Source: a virus
Taxonomy: Duplodnaviria > Caudoviricetes
DNA: 64,000 nt
IMG/VR virus record: IMGVR_UViG_3300043171_000012
Span: 5,419 to 69,418 of that record
Strand: one strand, 5' to 3'
Made by a program: the position numbers and the translations under genes. The stretch's first letter is position 1, and the number at the start of each line of letters is the position of its first letter. A model generated the notes under the pieces. That model saw nothing but the letters and a program-made list of their open reading frames with translations, ran no database searches and was not told where the DNA came from. Below, one piece after another: positions 63,861 through 64,000 of the stretch.

Positions 63861-63995
63861 ATGCAATTTATACTAACATGCCCTAACGGTAAAGAAATCG
63901 ACATGACTCGCTATATTGGTAAACAAATGGAAGGTGAGCTAACTAGACAAGATGTTCTTGACAGAATAGAGTTTTATAAATCAAATAATAAATAA
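63861..63995 (+). CDS. Early hypothetical protein (44 aa, MQFILTCPNGKEIDM...)
   Basis: Translated by hand; AATAATACTATG leader. Confidence 0.6.
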   Translation: MQFILTCPNGKEIDMTRYIGKQMEGELTRQDVLDRIEFYKSNNK

Positions 63996-64000
63996 TACTA

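Noticed and set aside
1-64000. Stop-codon reassignment, as in some crAss-like phages
   Set aside because: Genes are full length and tightly packed under the standard code, and TAA, TAG and TGA all end genes.
1-64000. Prophage or integrative element
   Set aside because: No integrase, att-like junction or host genes; the whole window is phage-like.

Overview
AT-rich dsDNA bacteriophage, apparently most of a circularly permuted podovirus-type genome. Gene content, the lack of Shine-Dalgarno sites and the GroEL/GroES pair suggest an aquatic Flavobacteriia (Bacteroidota) phage resembling the Cellulophaga phi38:1-like group (inference, no search run). Layout: (+) 1-12715 replication and nucleotide metabolism (ligase, DenV-like glycosylase, HTH protein, sigma factor, ERF, RecE-like nuclease, SSB, primase-helicase, thymidylate-synthase-fold enzyme, MazG, resolvase, class I RNR); (-) 12857-62330 lysis, virion, packaging, chaperonin and tail-fibre genes; a divergent control region at ~62340-62920; then small early genes (+). 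Most notable signals: (1) a 3019-aa virion protein built like a self-processing polyprotein, with an HExxH zincin followed by sigma-like, HNH-like and HAD modules bounded by four [KQ][FLY]SEK motifs; (2) a non-host three-box early promoter (TACA-N7-TACG-N9-AGATAATATA, 3 copies) that the injected sigma-like module could read, plus a separate middle/late promoter class; (3) two tRNA-minihelix elements (acceptor stem + T-arm, no anticodon arm) just before early genes; (4) twin TGTGACAACAGCCT-N19-AGGCT operators and a TGACA array; (5) a TS-fold enzyme carrying the dCMP-specifying Asp, suggesting modified cytosine; (6) small basic proteins sharing an N-terminal tag and GxSR motifs next to a second zincin. 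All product calls come from motif recognition by eye.
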